Shown: positions 17,545 to 27,235 of the stretch, piece by piece | How the letters are laid out: every line of letters begins with the position of its first letter | Numbering within the stretch: the first letter of the stretch is position 1 | Source of the DNA: Candidatus Brocadiia bacterium | GTDB lineage: Bacteria; Planctomycetota; PUPC01; DSUN01 | Assembly: GCA_046538415.1 (NCBI GenBank) | Contig: JBKHIY010000003.1 | Span: 4,143-68,142 of the forward strand | Direction of reading: 5' to 3' | Length of the DNA stretch: 64,000 nucleotides | The notes under the pieces: model-generated | Database searches by the model: none | What the model was told of the DNA's origin: nothing | What the model saw: the letters and a program-made list of their open reading frames with translations, nothing else | Translations under genes and position numbers: made by a program

Positions 17545-18906
17545 ATGGAGCGCATCGTCAGGCATTTCGTCGACGGCTTCGAGGACGCGACCGCCAGCCG
17601 CGGGGAAGCCAAGCGGCGGGTGGGCTCGGAACTGAAGTTCCCCATCGTCAACGCTCGCGGCGAAGCGGCACCCCGCGAGGCGGTGGCCGCACTGTGGGCC
17701 TTTCTGGAGGAACGCGGCTGGCAGCCGGTGGCCGACAAGCTCACCGGCAAGGTCGTGGGGGCCCGCAAGCGCGGCCCGCAGAACGACACCCTGGCCTCCT
17801 GCGAGACGGGCTACTGCAAGACCGAGTTCTCGCTCGCCCACGTGGCCAATCTCCACGAGCTCGACGACGTGGTGGGCGAGCTGCGAGAGAGCCTCCGCGA
17901 CTTCTCCGACCGGGAGGGCGTCTACTTCCTGGGCTACGGCATCCAGCCCGTCACCCCGCCCAGCAAGCGCCTGCTGATCAAGAAGGGGCGCACCGCCTTC
18001 TGGGGCAAGGTCTTCAAGTCCAATCGCAAGATCGACCCCAGCGACGGCGACGACGTCCACCTGTTCACCATCAATGCCTCCAGCCAGGTGCACATCGACG
18101 TGTGCGGGGACAACGCCATCGGCGCGGTCAACACCTTCAACGGCCTCACCGCGGCCCAGATCGCCCTCACCGCCGACTCCAGCGTGTGGCAGGACCGCGT
18201 GGACCCCGACTACAAGTGCGTGTGCGAGATGTTCTGGGACTGGTGGATGCCCCAGGGCAACCGGGTGGGCGTGCCCCCCCATCCGTTCCGGGACATGGAG
18301 CACTACGTGCACACCATCGCCCGCCTCCGCCCCATCTACGTTAAGCGGGACGGCAAGCCGGTGGGCGTGATGGGCTACAAGACCTTCGCCGAATACTACC
18401 AGGCCGGCGAGAAGGCCCTGGGCACCGACGCCCGGGGCAACACCGTGCCTCTGCGGCCCTGCGACGAGGACATCGACCAGCACGGGACCTTCTACTGGTA
18501 CAACGCCCGCATCTCCCGCTACTATACGCTGGAGAACCGGGTGAACGACCAGCAGCCGCCCGACGACCTGATGTGCGTGCCCGCTCTCACCCTGGGCCTC
18601 GCCGCCGCCCTCCCCGAGGCCCGCCAGGTCGTGGAGGACTACCCCTGGGAAGAGCTCCGCGCCGCGCGGGCGAAGGCCTGCGAGCAAGCCCTCGATGCCA
18701 CCGCCGGCGGGCTCGAAGTCCACGAGCTGGCCCGCCGCATGCTGGAAGTCGCCCAGGGCGGGCTCCAGCGGCGGCGGCTGGGCGAAGAGCGCTACCTGGC
18801 ACCCCTATGGCAGCGGCTGGAGGACCGCCGATGCCCCGCCGACGACGCCGCGGAGCAGTTCCGCGCCGGAGGAGCCGAGCAACTGGTCCGGGCCCGAAGG
18901 CTGTGA
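17545..18906 (+). CDS. Glutamate-cysteine ligase family 2 (GCS2/GshA/EgtA-like) protein, divergent
   Basis: Spaced motifs VGSELKF, SCETG...EFS, GYGIQP, SSQVHID, ALTADS, LENRVNDQQP and C-terminal E..YLAPL...CPAD match the carboxylate-amine ligase fold. Confidence 0.75.
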   Translation: MERIVRHFVDGFEDATASRGEAKRRVGSELKFPIVNARGEAAPREAVAALWAFLEERGWQPVADKLTGKVVGARKRGPQNDTLASCETGYCKTEFSLAHVANLHELDDVVGELRESLRDFSDREGVYFLGYGIQPVTPPSKRLLIKKGRTAFWGKVFKSNRKIDPSDGDDVHLFTINASSQVHIDVCGDNAIGAVNTFNGLTAAQIALTADSSVWQDRVDPDYKCVCEMFWDWWMPQGNRVGVPPHPFRDMEHYVHTIARLRPIYVKRDGKPVGVMGYKTFAEYYQAGEKALGTDARGNTVPLRPCDEDIDQHGTFYWYNARISRYYTLENRVNDQQPPDDLMCVPALTLGLAAALPEARQVVEDYPWEELRAARAKACEQALDATAGGLEVHELARRMLEVAQGGLQRRRLGEERYLAPLWQRLEDRRCPADDAAEQFRAGGAEQLVRARRL

Positions 18907-18931
18907 AGCCCCCTACCCGAAAGGAGCAAGC

Positions 18932-20401
18932 GTGAGCACCACGCAACCGTCCGAGAAGAAGGCCCGGCAGCTCGCCGGCTCCCCCTACAAGCCCCTCGCT
19001 GATGCCGACCTGCGGCGCATCGCCGAGGCCGCCTTCGAGGTGCTCGAGAAATCCGGGCTGGCCGTCTACACCCCGCGAGGCTTCCAGGCATTCAAGGACG
19101 CGGGCGCCGACGTGGACCCCGAGACGCGCACCGTCAGGCTCCCCCGCTCCCTGGTCGAGGACGCCGTCGACTCCAACCCCTCGTCCATCACCCTCTATGC
19201 CCGCGACGAGGTCCATCACGCGGTGCTGGAGGGCAACCGCGTGCACTACGGCACGGGGGGCACGGCCCTCTACGTGCTCGACCCCGACACCGGGGAGCGA
19301 CGTCCCTCGACCAACCAGGACGTGGCTCTGAACGCCCGCCTGGCCGACCGGCTGGACAACATCCACGTGTTCACCATCAACGTGTTCCCCAACGAGGTGA
19401 AGGACCGGGATGCCATCGACGCCAACCGCTTCTTCCACTCGCTGGACCACACGACGAAGCACGTGATGGGCGGGGTCTACTCGCTCGACGGCTGCCGCCA
19501 GGTGGTGGCCATGGCGGAGCGGGTGGCCGGGGGTGCGGAGGCCCTTCGCCAGCGGCCCTTCGTCTCCTTCATCACCCTGATCATCAGCCCCTTCAAGATC
19601 GACGAGCACTACGGGGAGATGACCTGCTTCTTCGCCGAGAAGGGCCTCCCCGTGGTGGTGCCCACGGAGCCCATCTGCGGCACCACCTCGCCGGTGACCC
19701 TGGCGGGCAACGTGCTCACCCACATCGCCGAGACCCTGGGCGGCATCGCCATGGTCCAGTGCGTGCGCAAGGGCGCCCCGGGCATCTGCGGCAGCGTGGG
19801 CTCCACGTGCGACCTGCGCACCATGGACCACCTGGGCGGCCCCGTGGAGCGGGGCCTGATCCACGCCGCCGTCTCCCAGCTCGCCCAGCACTTCGGCATC
19901 CCGCTCTACTCCACGGCGGGCACCTCCGACGCCAAGGAGGTGGACATCCAGGCCGCCTACGAGAGCGCCGCCATCAACCTCCTGGTCGCCATGTCCGGCG
20001 CCAACTACATCCACGACGCGGCCGGGCTCATGGAGGCCGACCTCACCGTCGCCTACGAAAAGCTGGTGATGGACGACGAAATCCTGGGCATGTGCGACCG
20101 CGTGCTCCGGGGCATCGAGGTCACCGACGAGTCCCTGGCCCTCGACCTCATCGTGGGCAAGGGGCCGGGCAAGGACTTCCTGGCCGAGGAGCACACCGTG
20201 CGTCACATGCGCGGGGAGTTCTTCCTACCCCGCCTGGCCAATCGCAAGAAGCGCGACCAGTGGCGCCAGGACGACTCCGCCCTCGCCCGGGCCAAGGCCT
20301 TCGTGGCCGAGACCCGGGCCGGCGACTACCCGAGCTGCCTCGACGCCGACGTGCGGCGCCAGATTCTCGAGCAGCTCCCCCACATCCAGGCCGAGGCGTG
20401 A
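18932..20401 (+). CDS. Trimethylamine methyltransferase (MttB) superfamily protein, non-pyrrolysine, copy 1
   Basis: YKPL...I.EAAFEVLEKSG, YGTGG, TTKHVMG, GTTSPVTLAG, SDAKEVDIQAAYE, HDAAGLME, DDEILGM. No in-frame TAG. GTG start with RBS AAGGAG. Confidence 0.9.
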   Translation: MSTTQPSEKKARQLAGSPYKPLADADLRRIAEAAFEVLEKSGLAVYTPRGFQAFKDAGADVDPETRTVRLPRSLVEDAVDSNPSSITLYARDEVHHAVLEGNRVHYGTGGTALYVLDPDTGERRPSTNQDVALNARLADRLDNIHVFTINVFPNEVKDRDAIDANRFFHSLDHTTKHVMGGVYSLDGCRQVVAMAERVAGGAEALRQRPFVSFITLIISPFKIDEHYGEMTCFFAEKGLPVVVPTEPICGTTSPVTLAGNVLTHIAETLGGIAMVQCVRKGAPGICGSVGSTCDLRTMDHLGGPVERGLIHAAVSQLAQHFGIPLYSTAGTSDAKEVDIQAAYESAAINLLVAMSGANYIHDAAGLMEADLTVAYEKLVMDDEILGMCDRVLRGIEVTDESLALDLIVGKGPGKDFLAEEHTVRHMRGEFFLPRLANRKKRDQWRQDDSALARAKAFVAETRAGDYPSCLDADVRRQILEQLPHIQAEA

Positions 20402-20406
20402 CGCCC

Positions 20407-21711
20407 ATGGGACTCGCAGCCGAAGAAGGCGGACGGCAGGCCGAAGGCCAGCTCCCCGCCAGCGAAGAGCTCCTCGATGGAGCCCAGCAGCCGCTCGACC
20501 TGCCGCCGGGGCTCCTCGACGAGCAGGTCGCCTTCCCCACCGTGTTCGTCGACACCGGCCGGCTGGCCCTACGCGAGGCCCGGCCGGCCGACTGCCAGCG
20601 GGTGAACGAAGCCCTGGCGGAGGCCTTCGACCGCGTGCACCCCGGCCCCGTGGCGGGCCAGGCCCTGCTCAAGGTGCACATCGGCGAGCCCCGCTGCGCC
20701 ACCCGCATGCGGCCCGAGCACGCCGTTGCTAGCGCCCGGTTCCTCCGCGACCGGGGGGCCTCCGGCGTGGTGGCGGGGGACACTACCGTGGCCTACACCG
20801 GCCCCCGGGGACACCGCCGCAACCCCGTCGGCGACGCCAGCACCTACCTGGCCCTGGCCCGCGAGCACGGCTGGGCGAAGGACGGGCCCGCGGGGGTGCC
20901 CTTCGTAGTGCTCGACCGCCCCTCGACGGCGCTGGCGGGGGCCTTCGAGTTCGGGCCGGCGGAGGAGCGGAGGTGGATTTCGGGGGTCGAGCGGTTCGGC
21001 GATTTCTACCTGGCGGGCGGGTTCGGGGCGGCGGACTTCGTGGTCAACCATGCCCACCTGACCCTCCACGGGCTGGCGGGCGTGGCGGGCTGCGTGAAGA
21101 GCCTGGCCATGGGCTGCACGTCGCTGCCGGGCAAGCTGCGCATGCACCAGTCGCTCTTCCCCCGCTTCGACGAGGACAAGTGTGTGCTCTGCGGGCAGTG
21201 CGTGGAGAGCTGTCCCGCCGAGGCGCTCCACCTGCCGGAGGGGGCCGCTCGCCCGGTGGTGGACAAGGACGCGTGCATCGGCTGCGGCGAGTGTGTGGCC
21301 GTGTGCGCCGTGCGCCGCGGCGCCGTGCGCCTGAGGGGCGAGACCATCACCAACTGGCAGCGGGGCATGGCCACCCTCGGTGAGCGGATGACCGACTACG
21401 CCCTGGGCCTGATGAACGGCACGTGGCGCTCGACCATCCACGTGCTCCATCTCTACGCCGTGACCCCCCTGTGCGACTGTCTGAACACGTCCCAGACCCC
21501 TATGGTGGGCCGCGACGTGGGCTTCCTGGTGGGCAAGAACCCCTTCGCCATCGACCTCCTGGGGGCCCGCAAGCTCATCGAGGTGCTCCAGGCCGAGGGC
21601 CAGGACGTGGAGGACCCGCAGCTCCACTCCGCACAGAAGGCCGCGGCCTACGCCGCCAGGGCCTACGCCGTGCTCCAGAACACCCCGATGGAGACCATAG
21701 ACGCTTCCTAA
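20407..21711 (+). CDS. DUF362 family protein with 2x[4Fe-4S] ferredoxin domain
   Basis: KVHIGE, DTTVAY.G.R, H.TLHGLAGVAGCVKSLAMGC....GK, CVLCGQCVESCP, CIGCGECVAVC, TPLCDC. Confidence 0.82.
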   Translation: MGLAAEEGGRQAEGQLPASEELLDGAQQPLDLPPGLLDEQVAFPTVFVDTGRLALREARPADCQRVNEALAEAFDRVHPGPVAGQALLKVHIGEPRCATRMRPEHAVASARFLRDRGASGVVAGDTTVAYTGPRGHRRNPVGDASTYLALAREHGWAKDGPAGVPFVVLDRPSTALAGAFEFGPAEERRWISGVERFGDFYLAGGFGAADFVVNHAHLTLHGLAGVAGCVKSLAMGCTSLPGKLRMHQSLFPRFDEDKCVLCGQCVESCPAEALHLPEGAARPVVDKDACIGCGECVAVCAVRRGAVRLRGETITNWQRGMATLGERMTDYALGLMNGTWRSTIHVLHLYAVTPLCDCLNTSQTPMVGRDVGFLVGKNPFAIDLLGARKLIEVLQAEGQDVEDPQLHSAQKAAAYAARAYAVLQNTPMETIDAS

Positions 21712-21768
21712 CCACGCGGCGGGCCGGGGGGAGGGCGGACGCCGCGAGCCACTGAGAAGGAGAAGTCG

Positions 21769-23250
21769 ATGTCCGAGAAGCAGCGAGAAGGCGTGGTGGT
21801 GACCCCTTACTGCCGACTGTCCGAGGCCCAGGTGGGGCTGGTGGACGGCGTCTCCCGCGACCTCCTCCAGGACCCCGGCTTCCTGTGCTACAACGCGCAG
21901 GCGGCCGAGGTGTTCCAGAAGGCGGGGGCCACGGTCGAGGAGGAGAGCGGCTGCGTGCGCGTCCGCCTCCCCGGGGCCGTGCTGGACAAGGCCCTGGAGA
22001 GCGCCCCCTCGAAGATCGTGCTGGGGGCCCGCGAGCCCGACAACCGGCTGATCCTCGACGCCGCCGAGCCCCGCGTGCGCTTCGGCAGCGGCTCCGAGAC
22101 CAACGTGTGGCTGGAGGTGGGCTTCGAGGGCGCCGTGCCCACGTTCACCCGCCGCGACGGCTCCATCCAGCGGCTGTGCGCCGCCGCCCACCTGTGCGAG
22201 AACCTGGAGAACCTCGACTTCTTCATCCGCTGCGTGAACATTCGAGACCCCGAGGTCAACGAGACGAACAAGGACGTCAATAAGTACCTGGCCAGCCTGA
22301 ACAACATCACCAAGCACGTGCAGGCGGGGCTCACCAGCCTGGAGGCCTTGGACGACGTGGTCCAGCTGGGCCACATCGTGGCCGGGGGCGCGGAGGCCTT
22401 CGAGAAGAACCCCGTGCTGTCGTTCATCGCCTGCGTGTTCAAGAGCCCCCTCCAGATGGTGGACGACACGGCGTCGAAGGTGATCGAGGTGGCCGAGCGC
22501 CGCCTGCCCTTGGTCATCTCCAGCTCCCCCATGGGCGGGGCCACGGCGCCCTTCGACGAGTTCGGCATGGTGGCCCAGATCAACGCCGAGCTCCTGGCCG
22601 GCGTGGCCCTCACCCAGCTCGTCCGCCCGGGCACGCCAGTCCTCTACGGCAGCGTGCCCGTGCGCACCCGGCTGGACAACCTGAACGACATGTACGGAGC
22701 CCCGGAGTTCAACCACTACAACCTGGACTGCACGCAGATGGCCCGCTACTACGGCCTGCCCTGCTACTCCACGGCGGGAGTGGGCGACAGCGAGGTGCCG
22801 GGCATCCAGGCCACCGTGGAGAAGCTCCTCACCTATCTGTCGGTGCCCACGGGCGGAGCCCAGTATATCCACTACGCCTTCGGCCTCCTCGAGCGCACCA
22901 ACATGTTCTGCCCCGAGCAGGCGGTGATGGACGACGCCCACATCGGGATGGTCAAGCACACCCTCAAGGACCCGCCCGTATCGGAAGACCGGCGCGACGA
23001 AATCCTGGCCATGGTGCGCGAGGTGATGCAGACCGACCACAGGACCTACATGTACCACCTGCCCCTGCCCTCGCGGGAGCACGTCTACGCCTGCTACCCC
23101 CTGGAGGACGACGAGGGCGACGCCCTGATGGCCGCCCACAAGCGCTACAAGGAAATCATGGACCTGCCCCGCAAGCCCCTGCCCAAGGACGTGCAGGAGG
23201 AAATCCAGGCCAAGGTGCCCAACGTCCTGCCTCAGACCCTCACCGCATAG
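21769..23250 (+). CDS. MttB superfamily methyltransferase, non-pyrrolysine, divergent copy 2
   Basis: RFGSGS, ITKHVQ, SPMGGATAP, NAELLAGVALTQLVRPGTPVLYG, YSTAG, HYAFGLLE, EQAVMDD. RBS AAGGAG. Confidence 0.87.
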   Translation: MSEKQREGVVVTPYCRLSEAQVGLVDGVSRDLLQDPGFLCYNAQAAEVFQKAGATVEEESGCVRVRLPGAVLDKALESAPSKIVLGAREPDNRLILDAAEPRVRFGSGSETNVWLEVGFEGAVPTFTRRDGSIQRLCAAAHLCENLENLDFFIRCVNIRDPEVNETNKDVNKYLASLNNITKHVQAGLTSLEALDDVVQLGHIVAGGAEAFEKNPVLSFIACVFKSPLQMVDDTASKVIEVAERRLPLVISSSPMGGATAPFDEFGMVAQINAELLAGVALTQLVRPGTPVLYGSVPVRTRLDNLNDMYGAPEFNHYNLDCTQMARYYGLPCYSTAGVGDSEVPGIQATVEKLLTYLSVPTGGAQYIHYAFGLLERTNMFCPEQAVMDDAHIGMVKHTLKDPPVSEDRRDEILAMVREVMQTDHRTYMYHLPLPSREHVYACYPLEDDEGDALMAAHKRYKEIMDLPRKPLPKDVQEEIQAKVPNVLPQTLTA

Positions 23251-23263
23251 AAGGAGGTCACAG

Positions 23264-24559
23264 ATGGTCGAGCTGAAGCCTCAAGAGCAGATGGAAGCCT
23301 ACACCGAAGCTGTCAAGAGCGGCCTCTACGCCAAGCGGTCGGGCCTGGTGGGCAAGTACGACAACGTGCGCAAGTACTGGGAGGACGAGATCACCCGCGA
23401 GTTCCTCCGCCCCCACCTGCGCAAGCTCATCGAGCGCAGCCGCGAGCGCATGCGACGGGTGCGTATCCTCGACCTGGGCTGTGGCAGCGCCGACGGCTTC
23501 GAGCTCCTGGCCGGCATCCGAAACCGCGACGCCGACCTCCAGACCGACGAGGTCGAGCTCCTCACCCCCGAAGTCCTCGGCCTCTACAAGGGAGTGGACC
23601 TCAATCAGGACCTCCTCGACCAGGCGCGGGGCATCTACGGCGGCAATCCCAAGATGACCTTCGGACAGGCCGACTTCACCCAGGAGCTGCCCCTGGACGA
23701 CGACGAGAAGCCCTACGACCTCTACTTCACCTCCTTCGGCACCTTCTCGCACCACAACCAGGACGAGACCGCGGTGCGCCTCCTGGCCGACATCGCACGC
23801 AAGGTCGAACACTACTGCATCATCATGTGCGATTGGCTGGGACGCTACTCCTACGAGTGGCAGACCCTGTGGACCAACGACCTGTCCGAAAACCGCAATA
23901 TGGACTACGTCGTCTCCTACATCTACGAGAAGGAGGAGCGGGAGCGGCGGCGCGACGAACTCCAGCATCTCACCCTCCGCCTGATGAGCCGCCAGGAAGC
24001 CGACTCCATCGTCGAACGCGCCTCCAAGGAGGCCGGCGTGCCCATCAAGCCCCTGGTCTACTTCGACCGCTCCACCTTCACCGGGCGGCACATGGACACC
24101 GGCGACTATAACCCCGGCGCCCAGCCCATCCGCCGGGCCGTCAACTCCCTCCACGAGGCCAACGTGCGGACCGACCTCGATACCCTCCTCGTCGACTACG
24201 TGCCCAAGGCCGGCTTCGACTTCATCAACGACTACTTCGAGCATCTCCAGATGTGCTGGAACACCCTGGTGGGCCACAGCGACGAGCTGCTCCACCTGTT
24301 CCACGACGGGCGGGGCGAGTTCCTCGAGGAGCCCGAGCCGGTGCCCGCCAGCTACCCCGCGGCCCTCCGCGACATGATGCATCGGATGCGCAAGGTGGTC
24401 GAGGGGATCGGGTGGCTGCGCGTGGGCCTGCCCCGGGAGAACATCATCGAGCCCCAGCTCGGCTACGCCCTTCGCGAGCTGGTCATGCGTCTCCAGCAGG
24501 GCCAGGGCTGCGCCCACGGCCTGGTGGGCATCTTCGAGATCGACAAGACCGCCAGCTAG
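23264..24559 (+). CDS. Class I SAM-dependent methyltransferase, substrate unknown
   Basis: Motif I ILDLGCGSADG, YKGVDLNQDLL, QADF, YDLYFTSFGTFSH. RBS AAGGAGG. Confidence 0.82.
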   Translation: MVELKPQEQMEAYTEAVKSGLYAKRSGLVGKYDNVRKYWEDEITREFLRPHLRKLIERSRERMRRVRILDLGCGSADGFELLAGIRNRDADLQTDEVELLTPEVLGLYKGVDLNQDLLDQARGIYGGNPKMTFGQADFTQELPLDDDEKPYDLYFTSFGTFSHHNQDETAVRLLADIARKVEHYCIIMCDWLGRYSYEWQTLWTNDLSENRNMDYVVSYIYEKEERERRRDELQHLTLRLMSRQEADSIVERASKEAGVPIKPLVYFDRSTFTGRHMDTGDYNPGAQPIRRAVNSLHEANVRTDLDTLLVDYVPKAGFDFINDYFEHLQMCWNTLVGHSDELLHLFHDGRGEFLEEPEPVPASYPAALRDMMHRMRKVVEGIGWLRVGLPRENIIEPQLGYALRELVMRLQQGQGCAHGLVGIFEIDKTAS

Positions 24560-24574
24560 CCCCGGAGGCGCGGC

Positions 24575-25612
24575 GTGATCACCTTCGAGAAAGTCTCCAA
24601 GACCTACGCCGGCGGCGTGCAAGCCGTCCGCGAGCTGAGCCTGGAAGTCCAGGAGGGCGAAACCGTCGTCCTCCTGGGCACCAGCGGCTCGGGCAAGACC
24701 ACCACGCTGAAGATGGTCAATCGCCTCATCGAGCCCTCGGGGGGGCGGATTCTCATCGATCAGACCGACATCATGGACCAGAACCCCATCGAGCTGCGGC
24801 GCAGCATCGGCTACGCCATCCAGCACATCGGCCTGTTCCCCCACATGACCATCGGCGAGAACATCGCGGTGGTGCCCAAGCTGGTGGGCTGGGCCGGCGA
24901 GGACATCGCCGAGCGGGTGGACAAGCTGCTGGCCATGGTGGGCCTGGAGCCCGAGCAGTTCCGCGACCGCTACCCCAACCAGCTCAGCGGGGGGCAGCGC
25001 CAGCGCGTGGGGGTAGCCCGCTCCCTGGCCGCCGACCCGCCCATCGTGCTCATGGACGAGCCCTTCGGGGCCCTCGACCCCATCACCCGGGAGCAGCTCC
25101 AGGGCGAGTTCATCGAGCTGGAGTCGCAGATCCAGAAGACCATTCTGTTCGTGACCCACGACGTGTTCGAAGCGGTGCGGATGGGCGACCGCATCGCGCT
25201 GCTCGACGAGGGGCGCCTCCAGCAGCTCGCCACCCCGGCCGACCTGGTGGAAAGCCCGGCCAACGAGTTCGTCGACCACTTCCTCGGCCAGCACCGCTTC
25301 CAGCTCTCCCTGCTCACCCGCACCATCGAGTCGGTCGTGAGCCGCAAAGAGGGCAAGGAGGAAGGGAAGGCAGTGGCGGAGCTTCCGGAGCCGCGCCTCA
25401 GCGCCCTGAGCCCGCTGATCGACGGGCTCGATGCGTTCAAGCGCTCGGGCGCCGAGCGCCTGCCCGTCTTCAAGGGCAAGCAGCGCATCGGCCAGCTCAC
25501 CAAGCAGCGCCTGGTCGACGAAATCGCGGCCGTCTTCGGCGAGACGGCGGAGGAGGGGGAGCGCCCAGCCCCCGCTCGCCAGGCCCGGGAGGAAGGGGAG
25601 GGGACGCCATGA
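24575..25612 (+). CDS. Osmoprotectant (glycine betaine/carnitine/choline) ABC transporter ATPase, OpuCA/OsmV-like
   Basis: Walker A GTSGSGKTT, GYAIQHIGLFPHMT, LSGGQRQRVG, LMDEPFGALDPITR. Degenerate CBS-like tail. Confidence 0.93.
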   Translation: MITFEKVSKTYAGGVQAVRELSLEVQEGETVVLLGTSGSGKTTTLKMVNRLIEPSGGRILIDQTDIMDQNPIELRRSIGYAIQHIGLFPHMTIGENIAVVPKLVGWAGEDIAERVDKLLAMVGLEPEQFRDRYPNQLSGGQRQRVGVARSLAADPPIVLMDEPFGALDPITREQLQGEFIELESQIQKTILFVTHDVFEAVRMGDRIALLDEGRLQQLATPADLVESPANEFVDHFLGQHRFQLSLLTRTIESVVSRKEGKEEGKAVAELPEPRLSALSPLIDGLDAFKRSGAERLPVFKGKQRIGQLTKQRLVDEIAAVFGETAEEGERPAPARQAREEGEGTP

Positions 25613-27210
25613 AACCCAAGCCGCGCCACATCGCGATTGCCCTCGTCCTGGCTGCCCTGGTGGGTGCCGGCGTGTGGTACGGCCGCCGCCCGGTGGCCGA
25701 CGTACGGCCCGCCTTCAGCTCGGAGTTCAGCGATGGGCCGCGCAGCTGGCGGGGCTTGTGCCAGCGCTACGGCTTCCGGTTCCACACCCAGCCCCTCACG
25801 CTGGAGGCGGAGGAGCGCTTCAGACGCCTTGCCGAGGGGGAGGTGGACGTGATCGACGGGGCCTCGACGGACGGTCGGATCGCGGCCCTGGACCTGGTGT
25901 CGCTGAGCGACGACCGGGGCTACTTCGCGGGCTCCAAGCCCCTGCCCGTGGTGCGCCCCGCCCTGCTCGACCAGCAGCCGTGCGTGAAGAGGGTGCTGGA
26001 CGAGCTGACCTACGCGCTCACCGCGCAGGCGTTCCAGCGGCTCTCCTACCAGGTGCGGTCCGAGGGCCGGTCCCCCGAGCAGGCCGTGGGCGCGTGGCTC
26101 GACGACGCGCTGTCGCTCCGCCAGGAAGGCAAGGAGGAAGCTGCGGGACGCATCGTCGTGGGCCAGACCACGGCCCCCGACCAGGACCTCCTGGCCGAGG
26201 CGGTGGCAGAGGCCCTGGCCCGCGGCACGGCGCTGGAGGTGGAGCACAAGCGCGGCCTGGCCGACGCCCAGGCGTGTGTGGACGCCCTGGGGGCCGGGCG
26301 GGTGGACGTGGCCGTGCTGTGCACGGGGCGCGTGCTCCGCAACGTCCTGGGCCGCGAGACGGGCCAGGGGCTGGGCGAGGACGTCTACGACGTGGCCGCC
26401 GCGCTCGACGAGCAGTACGGCCTGCGGTGCCTGGAGCCCTTCGAAGTGACCCTCACGCGCACGCTGATCATGCGGGAGAAGCAGGCGAAGCGCCGGGGCA
26501 TCGAGTCGGTCTCCGACCTGGCGGAGCGCCAGCGCAGCCGCTTCGACGTGTTCTTCTCGAAGCACGGCGCGGAGATGCTCAGCAAGACCTACGAGCACCT
26601 GTATCTGACGTTTTTCGCCATGGTGCTGGCCACGGGCATCGCGCTGCCGCTGGGCATCTACCTGAGCAAGACTCGTTACGAGCGGCTGGCCTTCGCGATG
26701 ATGAGCGCCGCGGGCATGATCCAGACGGTGCCCAGCCTGGCGCTCATCGCTCTCATCGTGCTGGTTTTCGCCCTGGTGGCCCTGCCCACCATCGGCACTG
26801 CCCCGGCCGTCACGGCCCTGGTGCTCTACGCCCTGCTGCCCATCCTGCGCAACACCTACACCAGCATTCGCCAGGTGGACCCCGCCATCGTGGAGGTGGC
26901 CCGGGGGATGGGGATGCGCCCCTCGCAGGTGCTCTTCCAGGTGGAACTGCCGCTGTCCCTGCCGGTGATCATGGCCGGCATCCGCATCTCCACCGTGTGG
27001 ACCATCGGCATCGCCACCCTGGTGGGGCTCATCGGCGCCGGCGGCCTGGGCGACCTGATCATCCGGGGGCTGCGGAACTTCAAGCTCGACTACGTCTTCG
27101 CGGGCACCATTCCCGCGGCCGCACTCGCCCTGGTGCTCGACACCCTGCTGGGATGGACCGAGAAGTGGCTCACCCCAGAGGGCCTTCGCTCCCAACGACA
27201 GACCCCATGA
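25609..27210 (+). CDS. Osmoprotectant ABC permease fused to an N-terminal degenerate substrate-binding domain
   Basis: ATGA overlap with the ATPase stop. N-terminal TM anchor, OpuAC/OpuCC-like domain (EVDVIDG.STDGRI), then permease QTVPSLAL, LYALLPILRNTY, EVARGMGM, IGAGGLG. Confidence 0.87.
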   Translation: MKPKPRHIAIALVLAALVGAGVWYGRRPVADVRPAFSSEFSDGPRSWRGLCQRYGFRFHTQPLTLEAEERFRRLAEGEVDVIDGASTDGRIAALDLVSLSDDRGYFAGSKPLPVVRPALLDQQPCVKRVLDELTYALTAQAFQRLSYQVRSEGRSPEQAVGAWLDDALSLRQEGKEEAAGRIVVGQTTAPDQDLLAEAVAEALARGTALEVEHKRGLADAQACVDALGAGRVDVAVLCTGRVLRNVLGRETGQGLGEDVYDVAAALDEQYGLRCLEPFEVTLTRTLIMREKQAKRRGIESVSDLAERQRSRFDVFFSKHGAEMLSKTYEHLYLTFFAMVLATGIALPLGIYLSKTRYERLAFAMMSAAGMIQTVPSLALIALIVLVFALVALPTIGTAPAVTALVLYALLPILRNTYTSIRQVDPAIVEVARGMGMRPSQVLFQVELPLSLPVIMAGIRISTVWTIGIATLVGLIGAGGLGDLIIRGLRNFKLDYVFAGTIPAAALALVLDTLLGWTEKWLTPEGLRSQRQTP

Positions 27211-27235
27211 CGCTACGCACAAGGAGGAGTCCATC

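Noticed and set aside
24253-25608. Long N-terminal extensions in the ORF track (e.g. 24253, 28448, 19759, 49702, 52698, 44169, 45143 starts)
   Set aside because: These extensions overlap neighbouring real genes in other frames. Downstream starts have RBS or signal peptides and give family-typical lengths.
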